A DNA stretch of 64,000 nucleotides from the NCBI RefSeq assembly GCF_963921235.1, contig NC_086097.1, forward strand, positions 122,142,001-122,206,000, written 5' to 3'. The translations under genes and the position numbers were made by a program. The notes under the pieces were generated by a model. That model ran no database searches. It had not been told where the DNA came from and worked only from the letters and a program-made list of their open reading frames with translations. Shown here piece after piece: positions 46,975 to 60,583 of the stretch. Every line of letters begins with the position of its first letter. Position 1 is the first letter of the stretch. The stretch is from Mobula hypostoma. Lineage: Eukaryota.

Positions 46975-47640
46975 AAACTTCCGGAGGGGAGGTTGGGAGA
47001 ACACACAGAAGTTCTTACTGAGGGGTCAGCGGTGGAAAGGATGAGAAGCTTCAAGTACCTGAGCGTCAACATTTCCTAGGATCTGTCCTGGACCCAACAC
47101 ATTGATGCAATTATGAAGAAGGCATGCCAACGGCTCTGCTTTATTCGGAGCTGGAAGAGATTTGGTATGCCAGCAAAGACTTGTGGATTTCTACAGATGT
47201 ACAGAGAGATCATTCTGACTGGTTGCATCACAGTCTGGTATGGATGTTCCAATGCATAGGATCGCAAGAGGCTACACATTCAGCCAGCTCCATAATGGGC
47301 ACAACCCTGCCTACAGCTGATGGTACCTCAAGAGGGTGGCATCCATCATTAAGGACCCTCAACAGGCAGGATGCACCCTCTTCTCAATGTTATCATCAGA
47401 AAGGAAGCACATAGTGTTTGATGTCGCATGCTCAATGTTTTACCAGCAGCTTCTTCCCCTCTGCCATCAGTTTTATGAATGGTCCATGAACTCATGCACA
47501 CGACTTTATTATTCTTATTTTCTGCCTTATACTTATTTTGTTATCTATAGTAATTTTATGCCTTTGCACTTAACTACTGCCACAAAGCAGCAACTTTGCA
47601 TGTTACGAGACAGTGACATTAAACTGAATTCTGAATTCTG
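46975..47640 (+). mobile_element. Rex1/Babar-like 3' part
   Basis: Peptides GSAVERMRSFKYLSVNIS and ASIIKDPQQAGCTLFSML. Tail ctgaattctgaattctga. Confidence 0.78.
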
Positions 47641-48479
47641 ATACCGGATTGTGAAGCAGATTTTTCTGTAGTAAGAAACATCCTTGTCATAGATACCCAT
47701 ATTGTATTGTTCTACATACAGCCATTATAATTCTTCATTTTCATTAGATATTCACCTGAACACTACACATATTTAAACTATTGAGTATATCGAAACCATT
47801 GATACAGTATCGAGTCAGTAATGCACAGTACAAAACAGTTTATTATCAATACTATTTTTGAAAAATGCTTTAAAATTGTATGGGAAAATTTGTGTAAAGG
47901 CAGATTTCCGTAAAGCAGATCATCTGTAATGTTGCATTGGGGTGTTGGTTTTTCTTGTAGTTTACCTTTCCTATGCTTGCTTGTGTATTTATATAATCAC
48001 CTATATACATGTAATTTTTTAGTAAATTCTCCAATTAATTCTTACCTTTCAGAAGTAGCAGGTGTCACATTACTCGAGTCTGCTGTGGTATAGGTTAATT
48101 GTTATCATTGGAATTATTGTTAACTCTAGTCTGAGTATACGTATGTGATCACCCCGACTGCTTTTCTTCTTGGTCTTATCTTTGTTCTCTTGGCTCCTCT
48201 TCCCTGTTCATTTTCCACTCTTGTAATATTTAATGAACAGCCATAAGCAACAGATCTTATGCTTCATGCTTGACTTCCTCAGAACCTTTCAATCGCATAA
48301 GGATCAGGACCCACAGTAATCTGGGAGCACCTGTACAATGTGGTTACCTTCAAGGAACCACTCATGCCCTCATGGATTTATGGGAATGGGCAAGAGCTGC
48401 CAGTAAGGTCTACTTCGCCCAGCATGGAACAGCAGCACAGACCTGGTCAGGGCTTTGGTGCATTGTGACTTCTAACTAC

Positions 48480-49125
48480 AAAGAAGCACGACAGCACCTC
48501 AACTTTCCTAGCCACTTCTGTAGATTGGGTATATCATCTAAACCTTTGACAAAGTTCTATCGATGCACAGTGGATAGTATCCTGATTAGTTGCATCACAA
48601 TCTAGCATGGAGACACCAATGCTCAAGAATGGAAAAGATTACAGAAAGTGGGAGGTACAGCCCAGTCCACCATAGGCAAACCCCTCCCAATCATGTGCAC
48701 ATTTACTAGGAGCACTGTTGAAAGAAAGCAGCATCCATTGTCAAGGACTCCCACCATCCTGGCTTTTTGCTACTACAAACAGGCAGGAGGTGCAGAAGCC
48801 TTAGGTCCCACACCATCAGGGTCAGGAGCAGTTATTACCCCACAACTATCAGGCTCCTTTACCTGCATGGATAAATTCACTCACCACAATTCAGAAATAA
48901 TTCTACAACCTACAGGCACGCTTTCAGGAACACTTGACAACTCATGCTCTCAGTACTTCTTTTGCACAATTTGCCTTCATTTGCACATAGGTTTTCTGTT
49001 AGTCTTTGTTAATGTAGAGTTTTTTCAAAAATTCTATTGCTTTTTCTATTTTCCTGTAAATTTCTGCAAGAAAATGAATGTCAAGGTACATACATTTGAT
49101 AATAATTTTAACTTGAAATTTGAGC
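48480..49125 (+). mobile_element. Rex1/Babar-like 3' part
   Basis: Peptide LTKFYRCTVDSILISCIT, followed by the shared 3' UTR. Confidence 0.75.
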
Positions 49126-49450
49126 CATTATATGTAGTCCTGGTGATTGTGACAGTAAATTCTTTGGAGCAGTGATTCGGTGATTACATCACACAGACAA
49201 TGCAGTTGCCAGTGAGGTCTCTGATGTAACTACTGAAGAATAAGGAGCTGAGGGTCCTCTTTCTATGCTGCAAGTTTTCTGATGGTCCCAGAATGCAATG
49301 TTTTTTCTTTCTGATTTAGCCCATTCTCTTCAACCTAGGAAACTGTAGGAGCTTTCTTGGTAGTTTCGCCCTTCTCCCATAAACATGCCAATTCTTCCGT
49401 TTCAAAACTACATCACTGAATGTACATTTCCCAAATATTCATTTATGTTG

Positions 49451-49710
49451 AGCAACACACACAAAATGCTGGAGGAACTCAGCAGGTCAGGCAGCATCTA
49501 TGGAGAGGAATAAACAGTCGATGTTTGAGGATGAAACTCTTCATCAGAACTAGAAAGGAAGGGGGGGGGGCGCGAATGCCGAACAAGAAGATGGTAGGTC
49601 GTAAGGAGTACAAGCTGTCAGGCGATAGGTGAAGTCAAGTCAGGTGGAAGACAGGTAGGTGGGAGAGGAAGGATGAAGGAAGAACCTCAGAAGGGATAGG
49701 AGGATGAGGT
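49451..49710 (-). mobile_element. Degenerate Penelope-like 3' repeat
   Basis: agcaacacacacaaaatgctggaggaactcagcaggtcaggcagcatctatgg...agtcgatgttt...ttcatcagaac is homologous to 46556-46660. Confidence 0.72.
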
Positions 49711-50164
49711 TGCACAAATTGTCTTCTTTTGCACATTGGATATTTGTCAGTATTTACTTATGTATAGTTTTTCATAAATTCTATTGTATTTCTTTATTTT
49801 CCTGTAAATGCCTGCAAGAAAACAAACCTCATGGTGACGTATGTGTACTTTGATAATACACTTACTTTGACTGTGACTTTTCCCAAGAGGTTAATTATCA
49901 GATACATAACATGCTCACAGCAGTGCTGGCAGGTGCACATTCCTGTCTTTTGAAACTCTAACAAAAATACCGAACACCATTCAGACCAATGAAAAGGATC
50001 ACAGAGAGCAGAAGACCATAAGGCACAGAAGCAGAATTAGGCCATTTGGCCCATTGAGTCTCCTCTAACAGTCCATCATGGCTGATTCATAAGGTGTGCA
50101 CATGCTGCCAGAAAAGGTGGGAGAGGCAGGTATAGCTACAACTTTTATTGCATGTTTGGACAAA

Positions 50165-51115
50165 TTCATGGATGCAGCCCACCACTGTCACTGGATGAAT
50201 CAAAAGAGGTGAGGAATTCAAGTACCACCAGGAAGTAAACAAGTTCACATCCTAGTGCGATCATGAAGCTGAAGCTCAATGCCCACGAAACAGTGGTGTT
50301 GCATAACAAATTCAGGAGAAATGAGTCTCCTCTCCACCCACTCATCATCAACAACTCTACAGTTAACACCACTTCAACATTCAGGTTCCTGGGCATCATT
50401 ATTTCACAGAACTTCATGTGGGACAACTACCTCTCCTTCATTAACAAGGGTTCTCAGCTGTTAAATTTCCATCTTCCCCAGACCATATGGTGCAATTTTT
50501 ACACTGCACCATCCAGCGCAACTTCACATCAGCCATTGCAGCCTGGTTTGGTGCAGCATTCTCTCATAGTGTACGGAAACTACAGCGAACTGTGGCGTCA
50601 GCAGAAATCATCACTGGCTGCTGTCTTCCATCACTGCAGGAGCTGTATGTGCCCAGGATAAAAAAACAGGTGGGAAAAAAACCATTGTGGTCACTGCACA
50701 TCCATCAAAATACTTTTTCCAAAAGTGTCCTTCTGGAAATAAAAACTGTAGGATTATTAAAACAAAAGACTCCATGCCATTTTACAAGTTTCTTCCCCCA
50801 GGCTGTTAATCTAGTTAGCCCCCTACCCCCTCTATCTATTGCCTCAGCCACTGCACTGTAAATACTTTAAACTACTTTTTAATAATGTAGTTTATATTGT
50901 AAATCAAATATAAACAGCATTATAAAAAAGTGGTTCAAAATGTATTTTTGCACATTTTATTCCATATCCATACTTTGACTTCTAACTTTAATTTTTATAT
51001 AACTGTTCATTGTTTTTAATTGTTCAATGTTGTTTTTCTTGTATGACACACCAATATGTCACTGCAAATTCCTAATACATGTTCTGCATATATCAAAGAA
51101 AGATGATCCTTGATT
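50165..51115 (+). mobile_element. Rex1/Babar-like LINE 3' part (different subfamily)
   Basis: Peptides LKLNAHET, TFRFLGIIISQNFMW, AIAAWFGAA...LQRTVASAEIITGCCLPSLQELY and FTSFFPQAVNL. Confidence 0.72.
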
Positions 51116-51204
51116 GTGGATAAGGAAGGTTTTGAAAGATAATTTATGTGCTAAATGCAGGCAAATGGCAGCAGCTCAGAAAAGAACCTTAGTTGACATG
51201 TCTG

Positions 51205-51778
51205 TACACACAGTGCCCAATTCATTAAGTACTTCCTATCCCTAATAAAGTGGACACAGAGTTTATGTTTGTGGTCTTCTGCTGATGTGGCCCATCCATT
51301 TTGAGGTTCAGCATGTTGTGCATTCAGAGATGCTCTTCTGCACATCAGTGTTGTAATGCATGGTTATTCAAGTTACTGTTGCTTTCCTGATAGTTTGAAC
51401 CAGTCTGACCATTCTCCTCGGCTCACCCTCATTAACAAGGCATTTTCAGCCAAGGAGCTGCGAATCACTGGATGTTATTTGTTTTCATACCATTTTCTGT
51501 AAACTCTAGGGACTGCTTGTGTGAAAATTCCTGGAGATGAGCAGTTTCTGAGATACTCAAACCATCCCGTCTCGCACCAACAATCATTCCATGGTCAAAG
51601 TCAGTTTGGTCACATTTTTCCCCATTCTGATGTTTGGTCTGAACCGCAGCTAGTCCTCTTGACCATGTCTGTATATTTTTACGCACTGAGTTGCTGCCAC
51701 ATGATTGGCTGATTAGGTATTTGCATTAACGAGCAGGTGTAGAGGTGTAGCCAATAACATGAGATGTCATGGAGTGTA
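51205..51778 (-). mobile_element. Tc1-derived non-autonomous element
   Basis: Peptide EKCDQTDFDHGMIVGARRDGLSISETAHLQEFSH. Decayed TIRs, including the double-TIR hairpin at 51205-51265. Confidence 0.78.
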
Positions 51779-52234
51779 TAGCTCCATGACATCTGATGGT
51801 CTAAGATATCAGAAACACAATGAAACTCAACTACCAGCACCAAGTAATGATACCAAGCATGTAGATGATGCACACAAAATGTCAGAGAGCTAGAGTTCCA
51901 GGCTATCACATGACATTGTGAAACATTTAAAGGCCCTGTGAAGGCCATTCACAACAGTAGTTCTCTTGCACAATCAGCAAAATGATATTCTCTCTGCAGA
52001 GCAAATTCAGCCAATGCCAACATAAAAGAATTGATATGTTCTGCTGAAAAAACAGAGATAAGAACGCTCATGTCAAAGAAGATGTCTGACAGAAAATCTA
52101 ACTGGACAGGTGCAGAGATTGCCCTCCTAATGAAACCCAAAGGCAATTTGAAGGCTGCACTATACTGACCTGAAGAGGAGCCAGATAATAAAATCGAAAA
52201 ACAATAGTCATAATGAATGATCCTGATACAGGTA

Positions 52235-53080
52235 CAGGTTGAGTACCCCTTATCCAAAATGATTGGGGACAGAAGTGTTCCGGATTTCAGATTTTTTTGG
52301 ATTTTGGAATATATAACGAGGTAGCTTGGGATCACCTTCATTTCCGACTTTGAACTTATGTACTACCGATAAACAGTCTTTGTCTCACTTAACAATAAAA
52401 ATTATTACATTCTATTAATTATTGAAAATATAATGTGTAGAGTAATAAAAGCAGCACAGCAGCATCGGGAGAAAACCCGAATCAGCTGTTGAACAACCAC
52501 AAACAAAGGCAGGCTTTCAGTCTCCGCCTATGATGGCCTGTTTTGGTTATAAGGTTACAGTACACTGTATTTGTATTTAATTTTTTTAGGTTTTATGTAA
52601 GGTGTCAAAACAATCAGCATTGTAGACTTGTTCTGGTTTTAGATCTTCATCAGCGACGGTTTTCACAAACTGATCAATGAATTTTTGAAGTAGATCAGCC
52701 GACTCTGTATTTGTAAATTTTTAAAAATCTTTGAAAGTTTAATGCCGTGCCCTTTCTTAAATTTCTGTAACCAACCTGCTCAACATACACAATTATCTCC
52801 AATTTTCAGTTCATCATGATAGATCTTTGCTTGTTTTATGATCCACATGCCGTTAAGCGGTACATGCTCACTCCAACGCTGACGAGTACATTCTTTCAAA
52901 ACACGATCGAGATCTTCACTTCTCAGAACTGTCAGTGATGCACAGAGACCTGTATATTGCCTGGGAACCTTTCCAGTCCCTTGTGGAATTTTCCATTTGC
53001 GACATCAAATCTGCGCTCAAAAAAAATTCGATTTCGGAGGTTTTCAGACTTGGAACTTCGGATAAGTGGTACTCAACCAG
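52235..53080 (-). mobile_element. Internally deleted Tigger/pogo (Tigger4/Zombi-like) DNA transposon
   Basis: TIRs caggttgagtaccccttatcc and ggataagtggtactcaaccag, flanked by TA on both sides. The minus strand at 52613-52921 encodes EDLDRVLKE..RQRWSEHVPLNG..IIKQAK...GWLQKFKKGHGI...LKPEQVYNAD (CENP-B-type HTH up to the first DDE aspartate). Confidence 0.9.
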
Positions 53081-53174
53081 TATATGTTATGTATAATTTC
53101 TGTTAATATAATTCTTGGATCTTTTTTTGTAGTGTACTGTGCTCCAGCTCCACGAAGCTAATTTTCATGGCAGT

Positions 53175-56058
53175 TACACTCAGTGGCCACTTTTTTAGGT
53201 TATGCCTTGTTAATGAGAGAGGTCAGAGGAGAATTGTCAGACTGGGAAAGTGAAAGAGGGTCTCACAGAGGGGGAGCAGTGAAGAGGTTCAGACCAAACA
53301 CCAGAAATGTGATCCAAGTGACTTTGACCATGGAATGATTGTTGGTGCCAAATGAGGTGATTTGAATATCTCAGAAACTACTGATCTGGTATTTTCACAC
53401 ACAACAGTCATGAAGGGCCTCAAGATTGGACAGATGGTAAAAAGCAAAGATAGCATGCAGTCAGGTTGTCAGGAAGGGCAGGCAGATTAAAGGACAAAAT
53501 TACAGCCAGAAGGTAGGTGTCAGTGCATTAGGAAAGCAGAATTAAAAGAGGTAGCAAGTACAATACTCTAAGTGTTATATCTCAATGCACGGAGTATAAG
53601 AAATAAGGTGAATGATTTTGTTGCACTATTTTAGACTGTCAGGTATGATGTTGTGGCCATCATTGAATTATGGCTGTAGGATGGTTGTAGTTGGGAGCTG
53701 AATGTCCAAGGTTACATGGTGTATCAGAGGGATAGGAAGGTAGGCAAAGAGGGTGGCATGGCTCTGCTGCTAAAGAACGGCATCAAGTGAGTAGAAAGAT
53801 GTGACAGAATAAGAAGATGTTGAATCCTTGTAGGTTGAGTTAAGGAACTATAAGGGTAAAAGGCCCCTGATAGCATTTATACACAGGCCTCCAAACAGTA
53901 GCTGGGATGTGGACCACAGTTTACAATGAGAAATAGAAAAGTTGTGTCAAAAGGGAAATGTTATGATACTCATGGGAAATTTTAACATGGGAAAATTAGG
54001 TTGGTAATGGATATCAAGAGAGTGAGTTTGTTGAGATGGCTTTTTAGAGCAGTTTGTCATTGAGCCTACTGAGGGGATCAGCTATACTGGATTGGGTGTT
54101 ATATGATGAACCAGAGGCGATGAGGGAGCTTGAGGTAAAGGAACGCTTAGGAGGAAATGATCACAATACGATTGAGTTCAACTTGAAATTTGATAAGCAG
54201 AAAGTAAAGTCTGATGTAGCATTATTTCAGTAGAGAAAAGGCAATTACAATGGCATAAGAGAGGAGTTGGCCAAAGAAAACTGGAAGGAGATGCTGACAG
54301 GGATGACAGCAGAGCAACAATGGTGTGAGTTTCTGGGAAAACTGAGGAAGGTTCAGGACAGATGTGTTCCAAAAACAAAAACAAAGAAATACTCAACTGC
54401 CAAAATAGTACAACAAGGGAAGCCAAAGCTAACGCAAAAGCAAAAGAGACGGCATTCAACAAGGCAAAATTAGCAGGAAGATAGAGGATTGGGGAGCTTT
54501 TAAAAAAACTACAGAGAGCAACAAAAAGAATCATTAGTAAGGACAAGATGAATTATGAAAGCAAGCTAGCAAACAATATCAAAGTGGACAGTGAAATCTT
54601 TCTTAAGTATTTAAAAAATAAAAAAACAGATGAGAATGTATATCGGACCTCTAGAAAATGAGGCAGGAGAAATAGTAACGGGAGACAAGGAGACAGCAGA
54701 TGAAATAAGTGAGTACTTTCCATCAGTCTCCACTGTGGAAAAAACTAGCAGTGAGCTAGATGTTGAAGGTCGTGAGGGAAGAGAAGTGAGTTTAGTTACT
54801 AGTACAAGGGAGAAGGTGCTCAAAAAGCTGAAAGACCTGAGCGTACATAAGTCACCTGGACAAGATGAACTGTACCCTAGGGTTCTGAAAGAGGTAGCGG
54901 TGGAGATTGTGGAGGCATTAGTAATGATCTTCCAAAAATTATTGGACTCTGGCATGGTGCTAGAGGACTGGAAAGTTGAAAATGTCACTCTACTCTTTAA
55001 GAAAGGAAGAAGGCAGCAGAAAGTAAATTATAGACCAGTTAGCCTGACCTCAGTAGTTGGAAAGATGTTGGGAGTTAAGGATGAGGTTATGGACTACTTG
55101 GTGACACAGGACAAGATACGACACAGTCAGCATGTTTTCCTTAAAAGGAAAAACTTGTCTAACAAACTGGGTGGAAATCTTTGAGGAAATTACAAGTAGG
55201 ATAGATAAAGGGGATGCAGTGGATATTGTATATTTGGACTTTCAGAAACCCTTTGACAAGGTGCCACACATGTGCTATTAACCAAGTTAACAGCCCATGG
55301 TATTACAGGAAGGTTACTGGCATGGTTGGCTGACTGTTAGGAAGCAGTGAGTGGGAATGAAAGGATTCTTTTCTGGTTGGTTGCCAGTGACTGGTGGGTG
55401 TTCCGCAGGTGTTGGTGTTTGGACCGCTTGGTGGGGGAGTCTAGGAAAAGAGTGCACAGCCTCAGGATAGAGGGCCATCCAATTAAAACAGAGATGTAGA
55501 GGAATTTGTTTAGCCAGAGGGTGATGAATTTGTGGAACTTGTTACCATCGGCGGTTGTGGAGACCAGGTTGTTGGGTATATTTACGGTAGAGAGTGATTG
55601 ATTCTTGATTGGACAAGACATCAAAGGATATGGGCAGAAGGCCAAGGAGCAGGGCAGAGGAGGGGAAAAAAGTACCAGCCTTGATAAAATGGCAGAGTAG
55701 ACTCGATGGGCCGAATAGCTTAATTCTGCTCCTATGCCTTATGGTCTTATGGTCTAACAATTGGTAGAGTTTACAGAAAACGATACAAAAAACAAGAGAC
55801 ATCCAGTGATCAGCAGTTTTGTAGGCAAAAATACCTTGTTAATGACAGAGGTCAGAAGGAAATTGCCAGTCTGGTTCAAGATGACATGAAGGCAACAGTA
55901 GCACAATAACTATAAGTTTTAACAGTGATGTGCTAAAGAACATCTCTGAATGCACAACACTTAAAGTGGATGGGCTACAGCAGCAGAAGACCATGGAGAC
56001 ACATTCAGTGGCTACTCTATTAGTTACAGGGGATACATATAAACTGTTACTGAGTGTA
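53175..56058 (+). mobile_element. Tc1-derived element split by a CR1 (pieces 53175-53410 and 55757-56058)
   Basis: Starts tacactcagtggccactttt. The HTH remnant ends at cacacacaacagtc, resumes at tagagtttacaga, and the element ends at actgagtgta. Confidence 0.75.
53411..55756 (+). mobile_element. CR1 ORF2 with an internal deletion in the RT C-terminal half
   Basis: Endonuclease start VLYLNARSIRNK, then KSPGQDELYPRVLKEV and NYRPVSLTSVVGK. After GVPQVLVFGPL (about 55428) it jumps to the 3' region. Tail cttatggtcttatggtct. Confidence 0.9.
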
Positions 56059-57622
56059 AACCCTCTGCATGCTTGTGGCAACAATAAAGTTGAAACTTGA
56101 TTATTGGTTGAAATTGGGTTTTTTTTCCCTGTGTTTCACCAGTAACATCAGAATCTAGCAATGACTTCAAGCAGCAGCAGTCTCAGAGTGCTCTGTCTGC
56201 GAATCTTCTTTCCATTGCACCCGAGCATCTGCAAATGTCAGGATAATCAGATGGATGGATTTTGTCTTTAAAAAATTAATATACTCTAAAATCTTCTCAA
56301 CCAGTTGCAAAGCTATTCATTTATGCTCCAGTAATCTGTAAAATACTGTAAAAGTTCTGATTCTCTCGAATATAATTTATCATGCAGTTACTCATCAAGC
56401 AGTGTACAGAGCCCCAAGAGTTATGAACACCTTATCTAAGAAAGAACGTGCTGGCATTGGAACAGGTCCATAGGAGGTTCACGAGAATGATAGATTCCCT
56501 GTTAGTAAGAGTGTCAAAGATTATGGGGAGAAGGCAGGAGAATGGGGTTGAGAGGAATAATAAATCAGCCATGATGGCATGCTAAAGCAGATTCAATGGA
56601 CCAAATAGCCTAATTCTGCTCCTATGTTTTATGCTCATTACTTATGCTCTATTACTTTACTAACTTCTACATTTCATTGGTTGTTAGCTTGAAGTTTCTA
56701 TTGACTTTTAAGACTTGTATTGTGAATGGTGATTGATCTGCAAGTAAGGAATTTGAACATACACAGTTCACCAAATGGTCAATATCGGCAACTGCTGCTC
56801 AATTATGTATAAAAATGGCATTTCTCTGTTCAGACTTCAGAACAGTTTGGTGATGAGGTCTATGTTGTTCTTCTTGTGCACAAGTAAAAAAAAATGATCG
56901 GGGAACGAGTGTGAGTTTTCAGATCCCAGTTAATCATAGATGACAATAAACTTGGTGGTGATCTGCCTCGTGTGGAGTTGATAGAGTTGTGCAGTCTCTT
57001 GTGATCCTGTGCATTGAAGCCTCCACACCAGGCCGACCTAAAGTAAAGATTGGGAATTTTACAGTTGATATATTTCTTGAGTAGGAGCTGATGTGGGTCA
57101 GGAAGTTCGGGGGAGATGACTGAAGAGGACTTGGTGTGAGTAAGGATGCAGAGAGTTACAGATGAACTCACATTTGCAGACGTGCCAGCCAGGAGAACAG
57201 CTGCATATCCATTCATGTATTTGACAGAACCCAGGTCCCTGGTTCTATAATGCATTATGCTAACTGCTGTACTGAGGTGCTGCCTCCTTCGTAGATGATG
57301 CCTCTCCTGCTGAGATTTTCCTGCATTTTTTGGGCATGTTGCTCAAGGAGTATCAATTACAGATCAATAAGTATATTAGCCCGTAGCATTCATTCTATTC
57401 CAATTCATCCTGGTTACTTATTAACCCAATAATTTATTTACAGAATTCCTTATAGATTTTTTTTGAGTGGGGCTGTGGTTTTGTCAAATTGCTGCTGGCT
57501 ATCTAACTGCGGGCTTTGATGAATGCCGGGTTTTGGTGTGGAAGGCAAGCAACACTGAGGTAATGTGAGGGTAGAGTGCGGCTAGGTTTTTTTTGCCTCT
57601 TTTTCCCCTCAAAGCTTTTGAA

Positions 57623-58200
57623 AGTCAAAGTCAAATTAAGTTTATTATCAAAGTACATATATGTCACCGTATTCTACATAGAGATTTATTTTCTTACAGG
57701 AAAATAAAGAAATGCAATAGAATTTCTGAAAGAAACTATACATAAACAAAAATTGAAAAACGACCAATGTGCAAAAGACAAATTGTGCAGATATAAAAAA
57801 TAACACCAAGAGCATGAGTTGTAGAGTCCATGAAATTAGTCTATAGGTTGAGCAGTCAGTTCAGCATTGACATAAGTGAAGTTATCCACATTGGTTCAGG
57901 AGGCTGTAGGGTAATAACTTTCCCTGAACCTGGTGGTGTTGGATGTAAAGCTCTTATACCTCCTTCCTGATGACGGTATCAAGAAGAGATCATGGCCTGG
58001 ATGATGGGAGTCCTTGATGATTGATATGCTTTCTTGTGGGAGTGTTACTTGGACATGTGCTTAATGATGGGGAGGGCTTTGCCTGTCATCAAGTGGACTG
58101 TATCCACCACTTTCAGTAGATCTTCCATTCCTGGGCATTGGTGTTTCTATACCAGACGGTGATATAACCAGTTAGAATACTGTCCATTATGACTCTATAG
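57623..58200 (-). mobile_element. Rex1/Babar-like 3' fragment
   Basis: Tail agtcaaagtcaaa and a UTR and ORF end homologous to 62221-62900. Confidence 0.72.
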
Positions 58201-59580
58201 AAGATGGTCTTAGTCATGTCAGGTGAGCTCAGCCCATTGTCATACATCTCCTGCGCAATGTGGAAACTCAGGGAAGCTGTCAGAGTCTCTGACGACTACA
58301 TCTATAAGAAATATGTCCCGCTGCAGCTCCCAACAGCCCTGCGGGTTGTACACGGGTTCACTTTGGAGCATCCGTGATGCTGTGAATGTTGTGAGTTAGT
58401 CAAACTGCAGTTTAAGAGCTAATGAAAGATAGAGAAAGGGTGATGAACAGGCAGAACAGTAGAAGGAAGAGAGTGTAAGAGACCTCTGCGGTCATCTCCC
58501 TGCAAAACAAGCACATTTGCTTTGGATACTGTTGTGAGCATTGGATCATCAGGGGAAGGCAGCAGTAGCCAAGTTCACGGCACCATGAGGAGCTCTACTG
58601 CACAGGGAGGCAAGAAAAAGAGTGGCAGAGTTATTGTGATAGGAGAGTAGACAGGAACTTCTGTGGCCACAAACAGGATTCCCGTATGGTGTGCTGCCTC
58701 CCAGATGCAAGGTTCAGAAATGTCTCAGAGCAGCTGCAGGGCATTTTGGAAGGGGTGGGTGAATGGCCAGTTGTTGTGGTGCATGTAGGTACCACCAATA
58801 TAGGAAGAAAACAGGAGGAGGCCCTACAAGCAGAGCCAGGAGATAAATAAAAAAATAGGACCTCTAAGGTAGTAATCTCAGGATTGCTAACTGTGTTATA
58901 TGCTAGTCAGATTAGAATTAGTGGTAAATTTCGTACATTTTTTGTTTTGAACAAATTTATATTATCAAGCCCTATTATATGTAATTTTTTTTCAACCCTT
59001 GGTTATGGATCAAGCCCTTTTGATATGGAAAATGAAAGGTATAACACGTTTCCCTGACTTATTTCTGAATAACTGTTTCATGTCTTTTGAACAGTTATCT
59101 AATAAATTTAATTTGCCCGGATCCCACTTCTTTAGATATTTACAAATAAGAAACTTTTTAAATACCACGCTGCCTAACTTCCCAATTTCACACCCTACTG
59201 ATATCGTCGATAAAATTTTAGGTTTAAATCCCTTTCAGAAGGGATTAATAGCAACTATTTATGATATAATTATGAAAATACAGCCAGGTATATCTGATAA
59301 AATTAAAAATGAGTGGGACAGGGAACTTCAACTTTGTCTACTTATAGAGAAATGGGATAAAATTTTTCAATTAGTTAGTTCTTCCTCTATATGTGCAAAA
59401 CATATGCTAATACAGTTTAAAGTAGTGCATAGGGCCCATTGTCTAAAGATAAACTAGCCAACTTATATTCCCATATAAACCCTATTTGTGACAGATGTCA
59501 CTCTGAGGTGGCTTCCTTAACTCATATGTTTTGGTCCTGCCCTCTTTTGGAAAAGTTCTGGAAAGATATTTTTGATATTA

Positions 59581-60020
59581 TGATGATTATGATTATAAAG
59601 ACATGTAGTCCTCTTTTATTGTCATTTAGTAATGCATGCATTAAGAAATGATACATTATTCCCTCTGGTGTGATATCACAAAACACAGGACAGACCAAGA
59701 CTGAAAAAACTGACAAAACCACATAATTATAACATATAGTTACAACAGTGCACAATACCATAACTTGATGAAGAAGTCCGTGAGCACAGCAAATTTCAAA
59801 GTTTCTCAAATGTCCCACATCTCACGCAGACAGGAAAAGGAAGAAAAACTCTCCCTGCCATGCCGATCACAATCCGACTCTGAGTTATCCGAAAACTTCG
59901 AGCTCTGATCAGCTCTCCGACACCGAGTACTGAGCGCCATCTCTGCCGAACGATTCGACCTCCTTCTCGGTCGCCAAAAGCAGGCAAGGCCGGAGATTTT
60001 GAGGCCTACCCTCTGAAAGA
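59581..60020 (-). mobile_element. Unclassified non-coding retroposon inserted in L1 ORF2
   Basis: The L1 reading FWKDIFDI | SAVLRFDLQPHP is interrupted here. The minus strand ends aataaaagaggactacatgtc followed by an (ATC/ATA)n tail. Confidence 0.6.
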
Positions 60021-60199
60021 TTCAGCAGTTTTGCGTTTTGACTTACAACCCCATCCTATTATGGCAATTTTTGGTTTGCCAATGATAGAATATAGATTCT
60101 TATCCTCCTCAGCCTGTCGGATGATCACATTTATTACTTTAATGGCCAGAAGATCCATTTTATTGAACTGGAAGGAGACCAACTCTCCTACCATATTTC

Positions 60200-60583
60200 T
60201 TTTTTTTAAATTTTATTTTTATTTGGATAAGGAATTCACAATTATCATGTACTTTTTTCACACATATAACCTTTTCCATTTTTTTATATGTATAAAACTA
60301 CAATTATTTATACATTCTTAAGTACACATTGAGATGATATAAAAGGAAAATAAACATTTAAATAGATAATTATGTACTGTGGTAAATCTAACCTATTAGG
60401 CTAAGTAATGAAATTAGTTGTTAAGAAAAATGGTAATAATAGTTTCCATACAACCCTTCTGGACCATTTCCACTGGTCCAAAATGTTGCATACAAGCCTA
60501 TATACCAACCATTGTAGGTGTTTATATCCCAATTTGTTCGTGCTGGTTCCTGCCCGCAGACATAATTATCCAATCCCTATGTA
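60200..60583 (-). mobile_element. Poly(A)-tailed retroposed fragment inserted in the L1
   Basis: Perfect 12-bp TSD ctaccatatttc at 60188-60199 and 60584-60595. Minus-strand AATAAA followed by a short poly(A). Confidence 0.8.

Noticed and set aside
46449..47079. Overlapping 207-aa and 129-aa ORFs
   Set aside because: These are low-complexity translations of a Penelope-like purine/pyrimidine tract joined to a Rex1 fragment.
47640..47945. Possible Tigger-like MITE relic
   Set aside because: Only vague similarity, and I could not define TIRs or a TSD.
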